NCBI GenBank assembly: GCA_050298595.1
Contig: JBNKUM010000085.1
Location: forward strand, 128,001 to 192,000
Length of the DNA: 64,000 bases
Source of the DNA: Gammaproteobacteria bacterium
GTDB lineage: Bacteria; Pseudomonadota; Gammaproteobacteria; GCA-001735895
Direction of reading: 5' to 3'
Part shown: piece after piece, positions 49,449-63,690 of the stretch
How the letters are laid out: each line of letters opens with the position of its first letter
Numbering within the stretch: the first letter of the stretch is position 1
Notes under the pieces: generated by a model
Told to the model about the DNA's origin: nothing
The model's database searches: none
Seen by the model: only the letters and a program-made list of their open reading frames with translations
Position numbers and translations under genes: made by a program

Positions 49449-52418
49449 ATGGAAGTACCGCCAAAATCATATTATCAGAGAACCAGAATGGGACAACCCG
49501 TAACACTTAAATATGTGCAACAGCATGACTCCAGAAGCGATTACTGGTTAATCATCGGGCGTATTTTATCTGTCGCAGCGCTTGTCAGTCTCCTGCTTAC
49601 TGTTTTATTTTACCTGCATCAAAAACAGAATCTCGACATGGCTCGTCAGCAGGAGCATCAACAGGATCTTCAGCTAATCCATACATTGACCAGCAAGTCT
49701 GGACTCCAGTTGCAAAAGCTTTTTTCGCTATTCACCTCTCTGGAAGGAGTTACTCCTGCTCTACAGTCAGGTAATAGAAGCCTGATCCATTCGGTTATCG
49801 ATAATCATTTGAATAAAATTCAGTTTGAATGGAATATGGATATGGTCGGCATTTACTCTATAAATAACGAAAAAATCGCTTCATGGTCATCCCATCCAAT
49901 AACTGAGGCACTGAATAATAAGATTGCCCAATGGGTTACACTTAGCAATGAGTCGATTAAGGAAATCAAGGCGATCAGCTGTCTACAAACCTGCAGCCAG
50001 TATCTGATTGCCCCTCTGCCAGAAAAAATCGGCCATCAGTCAGTGATGGTAATTTCAGTCTCATTACTTGAGATACTTGAACAATTTCACCAGGCAACCT
50101 CTAAAACTACCGGCATACTCATCGCTCCGCTAGATAAAGAAACATCTGATGACTTGCTGGTGAACCACTGGGGACTGACTCTGTACAGCCTGACTCAAGC
50201 TGACAGCTACGAGTCAATATTACACGGTTTCATGCGCGACTTTACACCACTAAAAGATGTTGAGCAGCATGTCCAACGCAGTATCCAGCAAAAATTCTTT
50301 GAACTCAGCCTGTATCCTTTATCCAGTTATGAGGATAGTATTCTGGTAATCATCCAGGACATAACTCATAGCATTGATGCGATACGACATCAAACATTGT
50401 TATTTGCCATATCCTTATTCACGGCCGTGTTGATATTGACTCTGTTACTGTATTTTGCGCTGCGCAGATTGATGCCGCGTACTAGATATAAATTTCATAG
50501 CCCTGACTCAAGCAGTAGCAAATTTGAAATTACCAATATCGACATAACAGACTGCGATGAGCTGTATACGGAAACTGTAACCCCGCTAGATTTTGACCTT
50601 ACCAATAGTGACGAAATGCCTATCCGAGACCGGCTGGATCAGTTACAAAAATATAATCACCGAATCAATCAGGAACTCGCTCATCAAATGCTGATGCTGG
50701 GACAGGAACGCGATCAGATTCGTAAAATCCTGGATAACACTCAGACTATTATTCTGACATTAACCCAAGATGGGAATATCACATCCATCAACCGTTATGG
50801 TGAGTCAATAACAGGATATTCCAGTAAAGAAATCATCGATAAGAACTTCATCGATCTTTACCCGGATCAGATACCCTATGCACTAAATGACCTGCACACC
50901 ATGTCATCTATAGCCGACGGCACTCAGGAGTCTTACCGTCACGAGGCGCGCCTGCGCTGCAAAGATGGTAAAGAACGCTCAATCCTGTGGTTACATTCTA
51001 GCCTGACCAATGAAAGTAGCATTCAGCTACTAGCTACGGGTCTGGATATCACAGAGAGTAAGCAACTGGAAAAGAATTTAAGCTGGCTGGCCGATCATGA
51101 TTCACTCACAGCATTATTTAACCGCAGGCGCTTTGAGAAGGAACTGGAAGACGCACTACTGTGGGCCAATAAACACGATGCTCAGGGTGCTCTACTCTAT
51201 CTGGACCTGGATAATTTTAAGGACATCAATGACTACTGCGGACATCAGATTGGCGATATCATCCTGCGTAAAGTAGCCAGCACTATAACGACCCTGACCA
51301 AAGATATAGACCCTTCAGCGCATTTGATCTGCGCCCGTCTGGGTGGAGATGAATTTGCCATCTTACTTAGAAATACCGATGAAGAAGCCGCCTGTATTCT
51401 CAGTAAGCGCATATTGGACATACTTTTCCAGATTCGCCATGAAGAAAACAATTTCAAATTTCAGCTTACCTGCAGTATCGGCGTTGCCACCTTTACGGGC
51501 ATGGAGTCGAGCGCTACCGAACTGCTTACCAATGCCGACTTTGCCATGTATCAGGCCAAGTTACTGGGGCGTAATCAATATAATGTTTTCAGAGAGGACG
51601 ACAGCCATCGTGAAAAAGTAAATCAAAGACTGATCTGGCGAGAAAAAATAGAAACCGCTTTAAGCAATGGCCGCTTTGTACTGCATTATCAGCCCATTCT
51701 TAACATTCAAACACGCACCATCTCCCATTATGAAACACTAATACGAATGAAGGATGATAATGATGAGCTGATTTCTCCCGGGTTATTTATCAATGTCGCT
51801 GAAAGGCTAGGGCTGATACAGGAAATAGATCATTTCATTTTAAAATCCAGCATAAAAAAACAGGCCGAACTGTTACGCCAGGGCTACGACATTAAGCTGG
51901 CCATCAACCTCTCCGGTAAGGCTTTTGATGATCCAGAGCTCACCAATATTGTGCAACAGACAATACAGGAAAATAACGCCCGAGCCGAAAACCTGATCTT
52001 TGAAATCACCGAAACGGCTGCTGTTACAGATATCGTATCAGCGGAAAAGATCATGGCAGAAATTCAGTCTTTGGGTTGCCAGTTTGCTCTCGATGATTTT
52101 GGGGTAGGCTTTTCTTCTTTCTATTATTTACGCGAACTTCCGGTCGAATACGTCAAAATCGATGGATCGTTCATCCATGAGCTGCCCGCCAATACTGACA
52201 ATCAAATTCTGGTTAAAGCATTAAGTGAAGTCGCCATTGGCTTTAACAAACTTACTGTCGCAGAATTTGTAGATTCACTTCAGACACTGAATATTCTTAG
52301 CGAAGCCAAGGTTAACTTTGCCCAGGGATATTTTATCGGCAAACCAAGTGAAAACATTCCGGTCAAACCGCCTAACTTTTATCAGGCATCTATCGCTAAA
52401 AACACTGCTTATCAATAA
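49449..52418 (+). CDS. Membrane sensor PAS-GGDEF-EAL protein; start may be 49488
   Basis: Two TMs around a periplasmic domain, PAS, RLGGDEF, YETLIRM, DDFGVG, KIDGSF. Confidence 0.92.
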   Translation: MEVPPKSYYQRTRMGQPVTLKYVQQHDSRSDYWLIIGRILSVAALVSLLLTVLFYLHQKQNLDMARQQEHQQDLQLIHTLTSKSGLQLQKLFSLFTSLEGVTPALQSGNRSLIHSVIDNHLNKIQFEWNMDMVGIYSINNEKIASWSSHPITEALNNKIAQWVTLSNESIKEIKAISCLQTCSQYLIAPLPEKIGHQSVMVISVSLLEILEQFHQATSKTTGILIAPLDKETSDDLLVNHWGLTLYSLTQADSYESILHGFMRDFTPLKDVEQHVQRSIQQKFFELSLYPLSSYEDSILVIIQDITHSIDAIRHQTLLFAISLFTAVLILTLLLYFALRRLMPRTRYKFHSPDSSSSKFEITNIDITDCDELYTETVTPLDFDLTNSDEMPIRDRLDQLQKYNHRINQELAHQMLMLGQERDQIRKILDNTQTIILTLTQDGNITSINRYGESITGYSSKEIIDKNFIDLYPDQIPYALNDLHTMSSIADGTQESYRHEARLRCKDGKERSILWLHSSLTNESSIQLLATGLDITESKQLEKNLSWLADHDSLTALFNRRRFEKELEDALLWANKHDAQGALLYLDLDNFKDINDYCGHQIGDIILRKVASTITTLTKDIDPSAHLICARLGGDEFAILLRNTDEEAACILSKRILDILFQIRHEENNFKFQLTCSIGVATFTGMESSATELLTNADFAMYQAKLLGRNQYNVFREDDSHREKVNQRLIWREKIETALSNGRFVLHYQPILNIQTRTISHYETLIRMKDDNDELISPGLFINVAERLGLIQEIDHFILKSSIKKQAELLRQGYDIKLAINLSGKAFDDPELTNIVQQTIQENNARAENLIFEITETAAVTDIVSAEKIMAEIQSLGCQFALDDFGVGFSSFYYLRELPVEYVKIDGSFIHELPANTDNQILVKALSEVAIGFNKLTVAEFVDSLQTLNILSEAKVNFAQGYFIGKPSENIPVKPPNFYQASIAKNTAYQ

Positions 52419-52424
52419 CCGACT

Positions 52425-53084
52425 ATGCAAACACCCAGTAAAGGCTATTTTATTACCGGCTCTGATACCGATGTTGGCAAAACATGGATTGCGTGTCAGA
52501 TCATCCAGCAATTACGTTCAAAATATGATTCAGTCAAGGTGAGAAAGCCAGTTGAGTCAGGCTGCAAGAAAATTGATGGTGAATACTTCCCTGCTGATGG
52601 CAGTGCTCTTTTCCAGGCCAATCTTCAGGCTGAAAATCTCACATTGGTAACACCTTATCGTTTTCATGCTGCTCTGGCACCTGATCGTGCAGCCCATATG
52701 GAAAATCACACGCTCACTCTGCAACAGTTACATCAGGCCTGTCTAAACCAGATAGAATCAGATGACACCCTACTTGTAGAGGGTGCCGGGGGGTTTTATT
52801 CACCTATATGCGAAGACGGATTGAACGCCGATCTTGCCAGAATATTAGGGTTAAAGGTCATCATCGTCTGTGAAGATCGTCTGGGCGCTATCAATCAGGC
52901 ACTATTAACCATTGCTGCGGTCAGGCGGGAAGGTCTGGATATTCAGGCCCTGGTTCTGAATCAAAACAAGCCACCAGAATTACCCACAGATAAACTCGAT
53001 AATTACCAGGATTTATGCCAGCGCAGCGATATCCCCGTTTATACCTGCGCTTACCAGTCCGAGATTAATGGTCAGGTCGTATAG
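52425..53084 (+). CDS. bioD: Dethiobiotin synthase
   Basis: TGSDTDVGKT, KPVESG, VEGAGG, LGAIN. Confidence 0.92.
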   Translation: MQTPSKGYFITGSDTDVGKTWIACQIIQQLRSKYDSVKVRKPVESGCKKIDGEYFPADGSALFQANLQAENLTLVTPYRFHAALAPDRAAHMENHTLTLQQLHQACLNQIESDDTLLVEGAGGFYSPICEDGLNADLARILGLKVIIVCEDRLGAINQALLTIAAVRREGLDIQALVLNQNKPPELPTDKLDNYQDLCQRSDIPVYTCAYQSEINGQVV

Positions 53085-53116
53085 CTGATTCTGACTAAAG
53101 GGAGTGGAAAGTGATC

Positions 53117-53488
53117 TTACGAGCTCCCGAAGCGTTGCTCTAGATAATGGATAATATCGGAAGATTCATACAACCAGGCATCTTCCCCCTGATCACTGAT
53201 CTTAAGACAGGGAACCTGTATTCGCCCTCCCCCCTGCTCCAGCTCCTGCCGATAGGGGCTTCCCTGATTCACGTTACGAATCTCAACAGGAAGATTCAAT
53301 CTACGTAAAGCACGACGTGTTTTGATGCAGAATGGACAGGCGTATAACTGATACAGGGTCATGGTTTTTAAAGCCTGCTCTACCTGCGCCTGTTGTTCTT
53401 CAGTACGTTGGACAGATGTGGGACGCGTCAGCCAGTCGATGAAAATAATCACCCTGCCCAGACCTTCACGAAGTAATTTAATTAGCAT
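53117..53488 (-). CDS. Glutaredoxin/GST N-terminal domain protein
   Basis: CPFC, QVPCL, LYESSDII. Confidence 0.88.
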   Translation of the reverse strand: MLIKLLREGLGRVIIFIDWLTRPTSVQRTEEQQAQVEQALKTMTLYQLYACPFCIKTRRALRRLNLPVEIRNVNQGSPYRQELEQGGGRIQVPCLKISDQGEDAWLYESSDIIHYLEQRFGSS

Positions 53489-53521
53489 AACCAGCTCCCA
53501 CCGCAGAATAAAAAAGCAAAG

Positions 53522-53547
53522 AAAAAAGGGAGCAAAGGCTCCCTTTT
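53522..53547 (-). terminator. Terminator after fba
   Basis: AAAAAAGGGGAGC-AAAG-GCTCCCTTTT. Confidence 0.8.
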
Positions 53548-53566
53548 AATCAAATTCTAAATCAAA

Positions 53567-54604
53567 TTACTTATAGAAAGAAAACATTTGTTCCAATGAT
53601 TTAACCTTGATTTTATCCGCATGACCAGCACTACCAAAGGCTTCGAAACGTGCCTTACAGATTCCTTTCATTCCTGCAGTTGACTCTTTAAGGAATTTAC
53701 GCGGATCAAAGTTACTTGGATTTTCTGCCAGGTGCTTACGAATCGAACCGGTAGATGCCATACGCAAATCGGTATCAATGTTAACCTTACGCACACCATT
53801 CTTGATGCCTTCCTGAATCTCTTCAACTGGTACACCGTAGGTTTGACCCATATCGCCGCCGTATGAATTGATCACCTTCAACCAGTCCTGAGGGACCGAG
53901 GAAGAGCCATGCATTACCAGGTGAGTATTTGGAATACGGGCATGAATTTCACGAATGCGGTCGATGCGCAGGATTTCGCCGGTAGGCTCCTTAGTGAATT
54001 TGTACGCACCATGAGAAGTACCAATCGCTATCGCCAGTGCATCGACACCGGTATCTTCTACGAAGCGAGCCGCTTCTTCAACGTCTGTCAGCAATTGATC
54101 CATGTCCAGCTTGCCTTCTGCGCCGTGACCATCTTCTTCACCCATTTCACCGGTTTCCAGCGAGCCCAGGCAACCCAGCTCACCCTCAACAGAAACGCCA
54201 CCCGCGTGTGCCATATCAACAACCGTTTTAGTGACCTTAACATTGTATTCGTAAGAAGCTGGAGTTTTCATATCTGCCATCAGGGAGCCATCCATCATGA
54301 CCGAGCTGAAACCAGACTGAATCGAACGCAGACATACAGCAGGCTCTGAACCATGATCCTGATGCATACAAACTGGAATATGCGGATACATTTCGATAGC
54401 TGCGCTAATCAGATGACGCAGGAAGGGTTCACCGGCGTATGAACGAGCACCTGCTGAACCTTGCAGAATAACTGGACTGTTGGTTTCATCGGCGGCCTGC
54501 ATGATGGCATGCACCTGTTCCATGTTGTTCACATTGAATGCAGGCATACCGAAATCGTTTTCTGCTGCATAGTCGAGTAACTGTCTTAATGATATAAGAG
54601 CCAT
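53567..54604 (-). CDS. fba: Fructose-bisphosphate aldolase class II (CbbA-like subtype)
   Basis: [33 protein letters not shown]. Confidence 0.96.
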   Translation of the reverse strand: MALISLRQLLDYAAENDFGMPAFNVNNMEQVHAIMQAADETNSPVILQGSAGARSYAGEPFLRHLISAAIEMYPHIPVCMHQDHGSEPAVCLRSIQSGFSSVMMDGSLMADMKTPASYEYNVKVTKTVVDMAHAGGVSVEGELGCLGSLETGEMGEEDGHGAEGKLDMDQLLTDVEEAARFVEDTGVDALAIAIGTSHGAYKFTKEPTGEILRIDRIREIHARIPNTHLVMHGSSSVPQDWLKVINSYGGDMGQTYGVPVEEIQEGIKNGVRKVNIDTDLRMASTGSIRKHLAENPSNFDPRKFLKESTAGMKGICKARFEAFGSAGHADKIKVKSLEQMFSFYK

Positions 54605-54654
54605 GTTAACTTTCCTCAAAGTTGATATTGTTTATATAAAAATTGGAACCTTAA

Positions 54655-54690
54655 ACGTATGAGGTATGCTTTACAACATACCTCATACGT
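54655..54690. other. Stem-loop between pyk and fba
   Basis: ACGTATGAGGTATG...CATACCTCATACGT, 14-bp perfect inverted repeat. Confidence 0.7.
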
Positions 54691-54701
54691 CATGATCCCG
54701 G

Positions 54702-56165
54702 CTAATCGGCAAGTACCGGCATGTCGCCAACCTTGACTATCTTCATTGCATTAGTACCACCACCGGTCCCCATCAAATCGCCCTTGGTAATAATGACCAG
54801 ATCACCTTTGGTAACCACTCCTTCCTTTAACAGCACATCTATCACAATTTGATTGGCTGCCGCGTGATTATTGTTTTCAATCACCGGAATATCTACCGGC
54901 GTGACACCCCGGTACATAGAAACCCTACGATTGGTTTTTTCCTGCGTCGATAAGGAATATATCGGAATACCGGAACTGATACGCGACATCCATAACGGCG
55001 TTGCTCCAGATTCGGTCATAGCGGCTATAGCGCGTACATTCAGGTGATTGGCTGTATACATACTTGCCATGGCAATAGCCTCATCCACCTGTTCAAACAT
55101 CATATCCATTCGATGATGCGATCGTAATGCAGCCGCCTGTTGCTCTGCGTTACGACAGATGCGCGACATGGAGACAACGGTCTCTACCGGATAGGCTCCG
55201 GTTGCTGTTTCTGCCGACAACATGACTGCATCGGTACCATCCAGAACTGCATTGGCAACGTCGAATACTTCTGCTCGAGTTGGAATCGGGTTTTCACGCA
55301 TCGACTCCATCATCTGTGTCGCTGTTATCACCACGCGATTCATATCGCGCGCCATCTTAATCAGGCGTTTCTGTACTGCAGGTAATTGATCGTCTCCAAT
55401 CTCAACACCGAGATCTCCACGAGCAATCATAATGACATCAGAGGCATCGATAATGGATTCGATATTATCAAGCGCTTCCGCGCGCTCGATCTTGGAAACG
55501 ATAGCACCATGACCACCCGCCTGACGTAACAGGGTACGTGCGAGTTTAACGTCGCCTGCATTACGTGGAAATGAAATAGCAACATAATCGGCTTCGATAG
55601 CGGCAGCGACGAGTATATCTTCCCTATCCTTTTCGGTCAGTGCATCTGCCGATAAACCACCGCCTTTAAGGTTAATCCCCTTATTGTCAGAGAGTGTGCC
55701 GCCAACCATCACCGTAGTATTTATACTATTACCCTCTACCGAGACAACCTGCAACACGATACGCCCGTCATCCAGTACCAGAACATCGTGTTCTTTGACA
55801 TCACGGGGTAGCTCTGCATAGGTAATACCAACCTGTTTCTGGTCACCTTCGTCACGCGCCAGATCGGCATCCAGGCAAAACGAATCACCTTTAACCAGCT
55901 CAATAGAGCCTGACCTGAAACGTTGAGTACGAATCTTGGGTCCCTGCAAATCAACCAGAACCCCTACAAATCGTCCGTTAGCTTTTGCGATAGCCCGAAC
56001 CCGTTCAGCTCTGTTCTGATGCTCTTCAGGACTTCCGTGCGAAAAATTTAACCGCACCACATCGACACCGGCCTTAATCAGGCTATCGAGAACCTCTTCT
56101 GATTCAGTAGCCGGCCCTAAAGTAGCAAGAATTTTTGTACGACGTAAAACAACGTTATCCTTCAT
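54702..56165 (-). CDS. pyk: Pyruvate kinase
   Basis: RRTKILATLGP, RLNFSHG, ARGDLGVE, ATQMMESM. Confidence 0.97.
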   Translation of the reverse strand: MKDNVVLRRTKILATLGPATESEEVLDSLIKAGVDVVRLNFSHGSPEEHQNRAERVRAIAKANGRFVGVLVDLQGPKIRTQRFRSGSIELVKGDSFCLDADLARDEGDQKQVGITYAELPRDVKEHDVLVLDDGRIVLQVVSVEGNSINTTVMVGGTLSDNKGINLKGGGLSADALTEKDREDILVAAAIEADYVAISFPRNAGDVKLARTLLRQAGGHGAIVSKIERAEALDNIESIIDASDVIMIARGDLGVEIGDDQLPAVQKRLIKMARDMNRVVITATQMMESMRENPIPTRAEVFDVANAVLDGTDAVMLSAETATGAYPVETVVSMSRICRNAEQQAAALRSHHRMDMMFEQVDEAIAMASMYTANHLNVRAIAAMTESGATPLWMSRISSGIPIYSLSTQEKTNRRVSMYRGVTPVDIPVIENNNHAAANQIVIDVLLKEGVVTKGDLVIITKGDLMGTGGGTNAMKIVKVGDMPVLAD

Positions 56166-56170
56166 ATAGA

Positions 56171-57352
56171 CTATTTCGCTGCCTGCTCTTCCAGCATAGC
56201 AACAGCTGGCAGGGTTTTTCCTTCCAGGTATTCGAGGAAAGCACCACCAGCAGTGGAGATGTAAGAAACTCTATCGTAGATATCATACTTCTGAATCGCG
56301 GCAATCGTATCGCCACCACCAGCCAGACTGAAACAATCAGATTCGGCAATGGCCATAGAGACTGTTTTGGTACCTTCACCGAACTGGTCAAACTCAAATA
56401 CACCTACCGGGCCATTCCACACAACGGTGCCTGCATTTTTAATAATCTCAGCCAGCTCATTTGCAGAATCGGGGCCAATATCAAAAATCATATCGTCGTC
56501 TTCAACTTCGGTCACTGGTTTCAGGCTTGCTTCAGCTGTTTCAGAAAACTCCTTGCCGCATACAACATCTGTAGCGATTGGAATAATGGCTCCTCGTGCA
56601 GTCATTTTTTCGACCAGCGCTTTTGCAGTATCCACCAGGTCAACTTCACATAACGACTTACCTACGTTATGGCCCATGGCCTTCAAAAAGGTATTGGCAA
56701 TCCCACCACCAACAACCAGTTGATCAACCTTTTCAGACAGAGCTTCCAGCACGGTTAGCTTGGTAGATACTTTTGAACCACCCACGATTGCAACCATAGG
56801 ACGGGCGGGCTCAGCCAAAGCTTTAGCCAGACTGTCCAGCTCATTTGAAAGCAGGATTCCAGCGCAGGCTGTAGGCGCAAACTTGCCCACACCATGCGTT
56901 GATGCCTGTGCACGATGCGCTGTACCGAAAGCATCCATGACAAAAATATCGCACAATGCAGCATACTTTTGAGCCAGCTCTTCTTCGTCTTTCTTTTCGC
57001 CGACATTGAAGCGCACATTTTCAAACAGCACTACTTCGCCATCGGCAACCACCGGAGCAGTCTCAAGATAATCCTTGATCAGGCGTACGTTTTTGCCCAG
57101 CTTGCTGGATAGGTCATCGGCAATAGGCAGCATGGAGTTTTCTTCATCAACCTTACCTTCTTCAGGACGTCCACGGTGAGACATCACCTGAACCTTGGCA
57201 CCTGCTTTGACACAATGCTCAATGGTAGGCATAGATGCCGAAATACGTGCATCAGAAGTGACTTTGCCATCCTTTACCGGCACATTTAAATCCGCGCGGA
57301 TAAGTACACGTTTACCAGCAAGATCAAGATCAGTTAATTTGATAAAAGCCAT
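56171..57352 (-). CDS. pgk: Phosphoglycerate kinase
   Basis: [34 protein letters not shown]. Confidence 0.98.
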   Translation of the reverse strand: MAFIKLTDLDLAGKRVLIRADLNVPVKDGKVTSDARISASMPTIEHCVKAGAKVQVMSHRGRPEEGKVDEENSMLPIADDLSSKLGKNVRLIKDYLETAPVVADGEVVLFENVRFNVGEKKDEEELAQKYAALCDIFVMDAFGTAHRAQASTHGVGKFAPTACAGILLSNELDSLAKALAEPARPMVAIVGGSKVSTKLTVLEALSEKVDQLVVGGGIANTFLKAMGHNVGKSLCEVDLVDTAKALVEKMTARGAIIPIATDVVCGKEFSETAEASLKPVTEVEDDDMIFDIGPDSANELAEIIKNAGTVVWNGPVGVFEFDQFGEGTKTVSMAIAESDCFSLAGGGDTIAAIQKYDIYDRVSYISTAGGAFLEYLEGKTLPAVAMLEEQAAK

Positions 57353-57477
57353 GAAGATTCTCCTTCAAGTATTTAGATTTTTAAAACGGTTTGTTAAATC
57401 TGAGTGATAAATTAATTTAACAAACAGTTCTGTGAGAGAAATCTGCCCGGATGATTCCGGACAGATTAATTACTCTG

Positions 57478-58620
<1,143 letters not shown>

Positions 58621-58643
58621 TTAACTTTTTATAGTGTTAATAA

Positions 58644-60629
58644 CTAAGCTACAGAATTAACAGCTTCTACGACCTTATCAACCGTGAAACCGAAGTATTC
58701 AAATAACTGACCCGCAGGGGCAGACTCCCCAAAGCGATCAATACCGATTACTGCACCATTCAATCCTACATACTTATACCAGCTGTCGGTTACCGCCGCT
58801 TCAACAGCTACACGTGCGGTGACTGAAGCAGGCAACACCGATTCGCGGTAGGCTGCATCCTGAGCATCAAACAGATTGGTAGATGGCATAGATACCACAC
58901 GAATCTTTTTATCAGACAGCTTTGCCGCCGCATCAACCGCCAGAGCAACCTCTGAACCAGTCGCAATAATAATGACTTCAGGTGTACCGTCACAGTCTTT
59001 CAATACATAACCACCTTTGGCGATGTCAGCAATTTGAGCACTGCTACGTGGCTGATGTGCCAGGCCCTGACGAGAGAAAATCAGACTGCTAGGGCCATCT
59101 TTACGTTCGATAGCCTGTTGCCATGCAACCGCAGACTCTACGGCATCACAGGGGCGCCATACTGCCATATTTGGAATCATACGTAATGTAGGAATTTGCT
59201 CTATAGGCTGATGAGTTGGGCCATCTTCTCCCAGACCGACAGAGTCGTGGGTATAGACGAAGATTGAACGCTGTTTCATCAATGCGGCCATACGCAGTGC
59301 ATTACGTGCATATTCCGAGAACATCAGGAAGGTCGCGCCAAAAGGAATCAGGCCACCATGTAGCGCAATACCATTCATAATGGCTGACATACCGAATTCG
59401 CGTACACCATAACGCACATAGTTAGCGTCTTCATTCGCATCCATTGGCTTGTAACCAGACCATTCGGTCAGGTTGGAACAACCCAGATCAGCCGATCCAC
59501 CAAACAGCTCTGGAACCATCGGAGAGTATGCTTCGATACAGGCTAAGGAAGCCTGACGAGTCGCTGGACTTTTAGCATCGGCGTTCACTGCTGCGATATA
59601 ATCTGCAGATTTCGCAGCCCAGTCTGCTGGTAATTCACCGGACATACGGCGTTCGAATTCCGCGGCCAGCTCTGGGTTATCTGCTTTATACGCTGCGAAT
59701 TTTTCATTCCACTCGGCTTCTACATGACTACCTTTAGCTTTGGCATCCCAACCGGCATAGATATCTTCTGGAACCACAAAAGCTTCATATTCCCAACCTA
59801 ATGCTTCCTTGGTTTGATCGATCTCTTCCTGACCCAATGGGGCACCGTGACAGGAGTGGCTACCCGCTTTATTTGGTGAACCAAAACCGATAGTCGTCTT
59901 ACAGCAAATTAGAGTGGGCTTATCAGTATTTGCTTTAGCCGCTTCAACTGCCTGAGCAATCGCTTCAGCATCATGCCCATCGACATTAGGAATAACATGC
60001 CAGCCATAGGCTTCAAAACGTTTTGGAGTATCGTCGGTAAACCAGCCATCAACATGACCATCTATAGAAATACCATTGTCATCCCAGAAAGCAATCAGCT
60101 TGCCGAGACCCAAAGTTCCTGCAAGCGAGCATGACTCATGCGAAATACCTTCCATCATGCAGCCATCGCCCAGGAACACGTAGGTATGATGATCGACTAC
60201 CGTATGACCGCCTTTATTGAATTCAGCAGCCAGTGCTTTTTCAGCAATCGCCATACCTACAGCATTGGTAATACCCTGGCCTAATGGACCGGTAGTAGTT
60301 TCAATGCCTGGGGCATAACCATGCTCTGGATGACCTGGAGTTTTGGAATGTAGTTGGCGGAAGTTTTTAAGATCGTCGATTGAAATATCGTAACCGGTTA
60401 AATGCAGCAAAGAATAAATCAGCATTGAACCATGTCCATTGGACAGGACAAATCTATCTCTGTCCACCCATCCAGGATTGGAAGGGTTGTGTTTCATATG
60501 GTCATTCCATAGCACTTCAGCAATGTCAGCCATACCCATTGGGGCACCTGGATGACCAGAATTCGCCTTCTGGACAGCGTCCATACTCAGCGCACGAACA
60601 GCATTTGCGAGATCTCTACGAGATGGCAT
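58644..60629 (-). CDS. tkt: Transketolase
   Basis: [25 protein letters not shown]. Confidence 0.98.
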   Translation of the reverse strand: MPSRRDLANAVRALSMDAVQKANSGHPGAPMGMADIAEVLWNDHMKHNPSNPGWVDRDRFVLSNGHGSMLIYSLLHLTGYDISIDDLKNFRQLHSKTPGHPEHGYAPGIETTTGPLGQGITNAVGMAIAEKALAAEFNKGGHTVVDHHTYVFLGDGCMMEGISHESCSLAGTLGLGKLIAFWDDNGISIDGHVDGWFTDDTPKRFEAYGWHVIPNVDGHDAEAIAQAVEAAKANTDKPTLICCKTTIGFGSPNKAGSHSCHGAPLGQEEIDQTKEALGWEYEAFVVPEDIYAGWDAKAKGSHVEAEWNEKFAAYKADNPELAAEFERRMSGELPADWAAKSADYIAAVNADAKSPATRQASLACIEAYSPMVPELFGGSADLGCSNLTEWSGYKPMDANEDANYVRYGVREFGMSAIMNGIALHGGLIPFGATFLMFSEYARNALRMAALMKQRSIFVYTHDSVGLGEDGPTHQPIEQIPTLRMIPNMAVWRPCDAVESAVAWQQAIERKDGPSSLIFSRQGLAHQPRSSAQIADIAKGGYVLKDCDGTPEVIIIATGSEVALAVDAAAKLSDKKIRVVSMPSTNLFDAQDAAYRESVLPASVTARVAVEAAVTDSWYKYVGLNGAVIGIDRFGESAPAGQLFEYFGFTVDKVVEAVNSVA

Positions 60630-60928
60630 AGCTTTCTCCTCACTTTTAAAAAAAATCATTGTCCTACTCAGCCATCGTGGCTAAGCAAAAAGCTTTATAA
60701 TCGTTATATATCGCTTTAAATAAACTAATAGTCTGTATTGAAAATACCATTAGCAGCGATTAAGGCGCGCTATTCTCGCCCAGAATCAATTTTTCAGCAA
60801 CTCAAAAAGGTTATTGCGGTATCAATTCACACTATTACGACTAAATGATGACCACTCTGCTATTGGCTTGTGAACTGTCTGTAAAAGCGCTATATAATGC
60901 GCGCTTTGCCTAGACCTTAAGGTAGATC

Positions 60929-62092
60929 ATGTCCAATACATTCATATTTACATCTGAGTCAGTCTCAGAAGGCCATCCTGACAAACTCTGCGACGCAGTA
61001 TCCGATGCGATACTGGATGCGGTTCTGGCTCAGGACAAGCACGCACGTGTCGCCTGCGAAACTCTTGCCAAAACAGGTATGGTGTTGCTAGCAGGTGAGT
61101 TAAGCACCACGGCTCGAGTCGATTTCGAATCTATTGTACGCAATACCGTCATCGAAATCGGATACGATAATTCAGATGTAGGATTTGATGGTAAGACCTG
61201 TGCCGTCATTAATGCGCTGGGGCATCAGTCGCCTGATATCGCCATGGGCGTTGATCGAAGCATTGACGAAGACCAGGGCGCTGGCGATCAGGGCCTGATG
61301 TTTGGTTACGCAACCAATGAAACCGATAATCTGATGCCTGCCCCTATAAGTTATGCCCACAAACTTGTAAAACGCCAGGCTGATGTGCGCCGTGCTGGGA
61401 CACTCAGCTGGTTAAGACCCGACGCCAAAAGTCAGCTAACTTTCCTGTACCGTGACGGCAAACCGGCAGCAGTTAATGCGATTGTATTATCCACCCAACA
61501 CTCTCCTGATGTTTCATTAGCTGACCTGAAAGAAGGCGTAATGGAAGAAATCATCAAGCCAGTCATCCCCGCAGAATGGATAAATCGAGATACCCAGATC
61601 CATATCAACCCAACCGGCAACTTTGTGATTGGAGGCCCTGTTGGCGATGCTGGTTTAACCGGGCGCAAAATCATTGTCGACACCTATGGCGGTATGGCTC
61701 GTCATGGTGGCGGAGCCTTCTCGGGCAAGGATCCTTCCAAAGTTGATCGCTCGGCTGCCTATGCCGGGCGCTATGTAGCCAAGAACATCGTCGCCGCGGG
61801 TTTAGCCAATCGCTGTGAAATCCAGATCAGTTATGCGATAGGCGTAGCCAAACCAACCTCTATCAGCATAGAAACCTTTGAAACCAATCATGTTGATGAA
61901 AAAATGATCGTTGATCTGGTACGTGAGCATTTTGATCTTAGGCCATGGGGCATCATTAACGGCCTGAATCTGCTCAACATGACCTATCGCGATACTGCGG
62001 CCTATGGTCACTTTGGTCGCGAAGATCTGGATCTGAGTTGGGAAAAAACAGATATAGCTAAATTGCTAAGAGCTGAAGCGGGTCTATCATAA
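60929..62092 (+). CDS. metK: S-adenosylmethionine synthetase
   Basis: [28 protein letters not shown]. Confidence 0.98.
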   Translation: MSNTFIFTSESVSEGHPDKLCDAVSDAILDAVLAQDKHARVACETLAKTGMVLLAGELSTTARVDFESIVRNTVIEIGYDNSDVGFDGKTCAVINALGHQSPDIAMGVDRSIDEDQGAGDQGLMFGYATNETDNLMPAPISYAHKLVKRQADVRRAGTLSWLRPDAKSQLTFLYRDGKPAAVNAIVLSTQHSPDVSLADLKEGVMEEIIKPVIPAEWINRDTQIHINPTGNFVIGGPVGDAGLTGRKIIVDTYGGMARHGGGAFSGKDPSKVDRSAAYAGRYVAKNIVAAGLANRCEIQISYAIGVAKPTSISIETFETNHVDEKMIVDLVREHFDLRPWGIINGLNLLNMTYRDTAAYGHFGREDLDLSWEKTDIAKLLRAEAGLS

Positions 62093-62172
62093 ATACACGT
62101 CGTGGCTTTACAAATTTAATTCTCAGGCTAGAATACACCATCTTGATTTGCCCGTAGCTCTACGGGCACTTT

Positions 62173-62241
62173 ATTTGAGGAGCGCTGCGACAGTCTTTAC
62201 TGCCAGGCTCGAATGAAGTTATACGGTCAACGGCGCTCATA
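62173..62241 (+). promoter_or_regulatory. SAH riboswitch
   Basis: GAGGAGCGCTGCGAC...CCAGGCTCG...CAACGGCGCTCA directly upstream of ahcY. Confidence 0.9.
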
Positions 62242-62265
62242 AATCAAACCCACGAGGTAAAATTT

Positions 62266-63672
62266 ATGAACACTGAAACATCCCCTGATTACATCATCAC
62301 CGACCTGTCACTCACCGACTGGGGTCGTAAAGAAATCCGCATTGCTGAAACCGAAATGCCAGGTCTGGTTTCATTACGCGGAAAATACGCAAACGAACTC
62401 CCGTTAAAAGGTGCCCGTATAGCTGGCAGCCTGCACATGACGATTCAAACAGCCGTACTCATCGAAACTTTAATCGCTTTAGGCGCAGAGGTTCGCTGGG
62501 CATCCTGCAACATTTTCTCCACTCAGGATCATGCTGCGGCTGCGATAGCGGCTAGTGGTATCCCTGTTTTTGCCTACAAGGGCGAATCACTGGAGGAATA
62601 CTGGCAATTCACTCACCGCATTATGGAATGGTCCGATGGCGGTACGCCGAATATGATTCTTGACGATGGCGGGGATGCAACCCTGCTGTTAATTCTTGGC
62701 GCAAAAGCAGAAAAAGATATCTCGGTGCTGGACAACCCTGGTAGTGAAGAAGAGACCGTTATGTACAATAGCATCAAGACCCGTCTCAAATCCTCGCCTA
62801 ACTGGTATTCAGAGCGCCTGGCTAATATCAAGGGTGTGACTGAAGAAACGACCACTGGAGTGCATCGACTTTATCAAATGCAGGCCAGGGGCGAACTGCC
62901 CTTCCCAGCTATCAATGTCAACGACTCTGTAACCAAGTCAAAATTCGACAACCTGTATGGCTGTCGCGAGTCTCTGGTCGACGGTATTAAACGCGCCACT
63001 GATGTCATGATTGCAGGCAAGATCGCATTAGTACTGGGTTATGGAGATGTGGGTAAAGGCTGCGCTCAATCACTACGTGGACTTGGGGCTACCGTATGGG
63101 TAACTGAGATTGATCCCATTTGCGCGCTACAGGCTGCAATGGAAGGTTACCGTGTGGTTACCATGGACCAAGCCTGCAAGCAGGCAGACATTTTCGTCAC
63201 TACTACGGGTAATTACCATGTCATTAACCACGACCACATGATTCAGATGAAAGATCAGTCGATTGTTTGTAATATCGGTCATTTTGATAATGAAATCGAT
63301 GTTGCCTCACTCAAACAATACCAGTGGGAAAATATCAAGCCTCAGGTTGATCATATTATCTTTCCTGATGGCAGGCGCATCATTCTTCTCGCCGAAGGGC
63401 GACTGGTAAACCTGGGGTGTGCTACGGGGCACCCTAGCTTCGTCATGTCTAACTCTTTTACCAATCAGACGCTGGCCCAGATTGAACTATTCAATAATAC
63501 CGGCAGCTATGAAAATCAGGTTTATACCTTACCTAAAAAGCTGGATGAAGAAGTAGCCCGACTGCATCTGGAAAAGATTGGCGTTCAACTGACCACCCTT
63601 ACGCAAGAACAGTCTGATTACATCGATGTTCCCGTTGAAGGCCCCTACAAGTCTGATCACTACCGTTATTAA
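62266..63672 (+). CDS. ahcY: Adenosylhomocysteinase
   Basis: [38 protein letters not shown]. Confidence 0.98.
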   Translation: MNTETSPDYIITDLSLTDWGRKEIRIAETEMPGLVSLRGKYANELPLKGARIAGSLHMTIQTAVLIETLIALGAEVRWASCNIFSTQDHAAAAIAASGIPVFAYKGESLEEYWQFTHRIMEWSDGGTPNMILDDGGDATLLLILGAKAEKDISVLDNPGSEEETVMYNSIKTRLKSSPNWYSERLANIKGVTEETTTGVHRLYQMQARGELPFPAINVNDSVTKSKFDNLYGCRESLVDGIKRATDVMIAGKIALVLGYGDVGKGCAQSLRGLGATVWVTEIDPICALQAAMEGYRVVTMDQACKQADIFVTTTGNYHVINHDHMIQMKDQSIVCNIGHFDNEIDVASLKQYQWENIKPQVDHIIFPDGRRIILLAEGRLVNLGCATGHPSFVMSNSFTNQTLAQIELFNNTGSYENQVYTLPKKLDEEVARLHLEKIGVQLTTLTQEQSDYIDVPVEGPYKSDHYRY

Positions 63673-63690
63673 TACGGGCAGGGCTAACTT

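Noticed and set aside
52425-53084. Orphan bioD behind a c-di-GMP enzyme as a novel link
   Set aside because: Dispersed bio genes are common; nothing beyond adjacency supports a link
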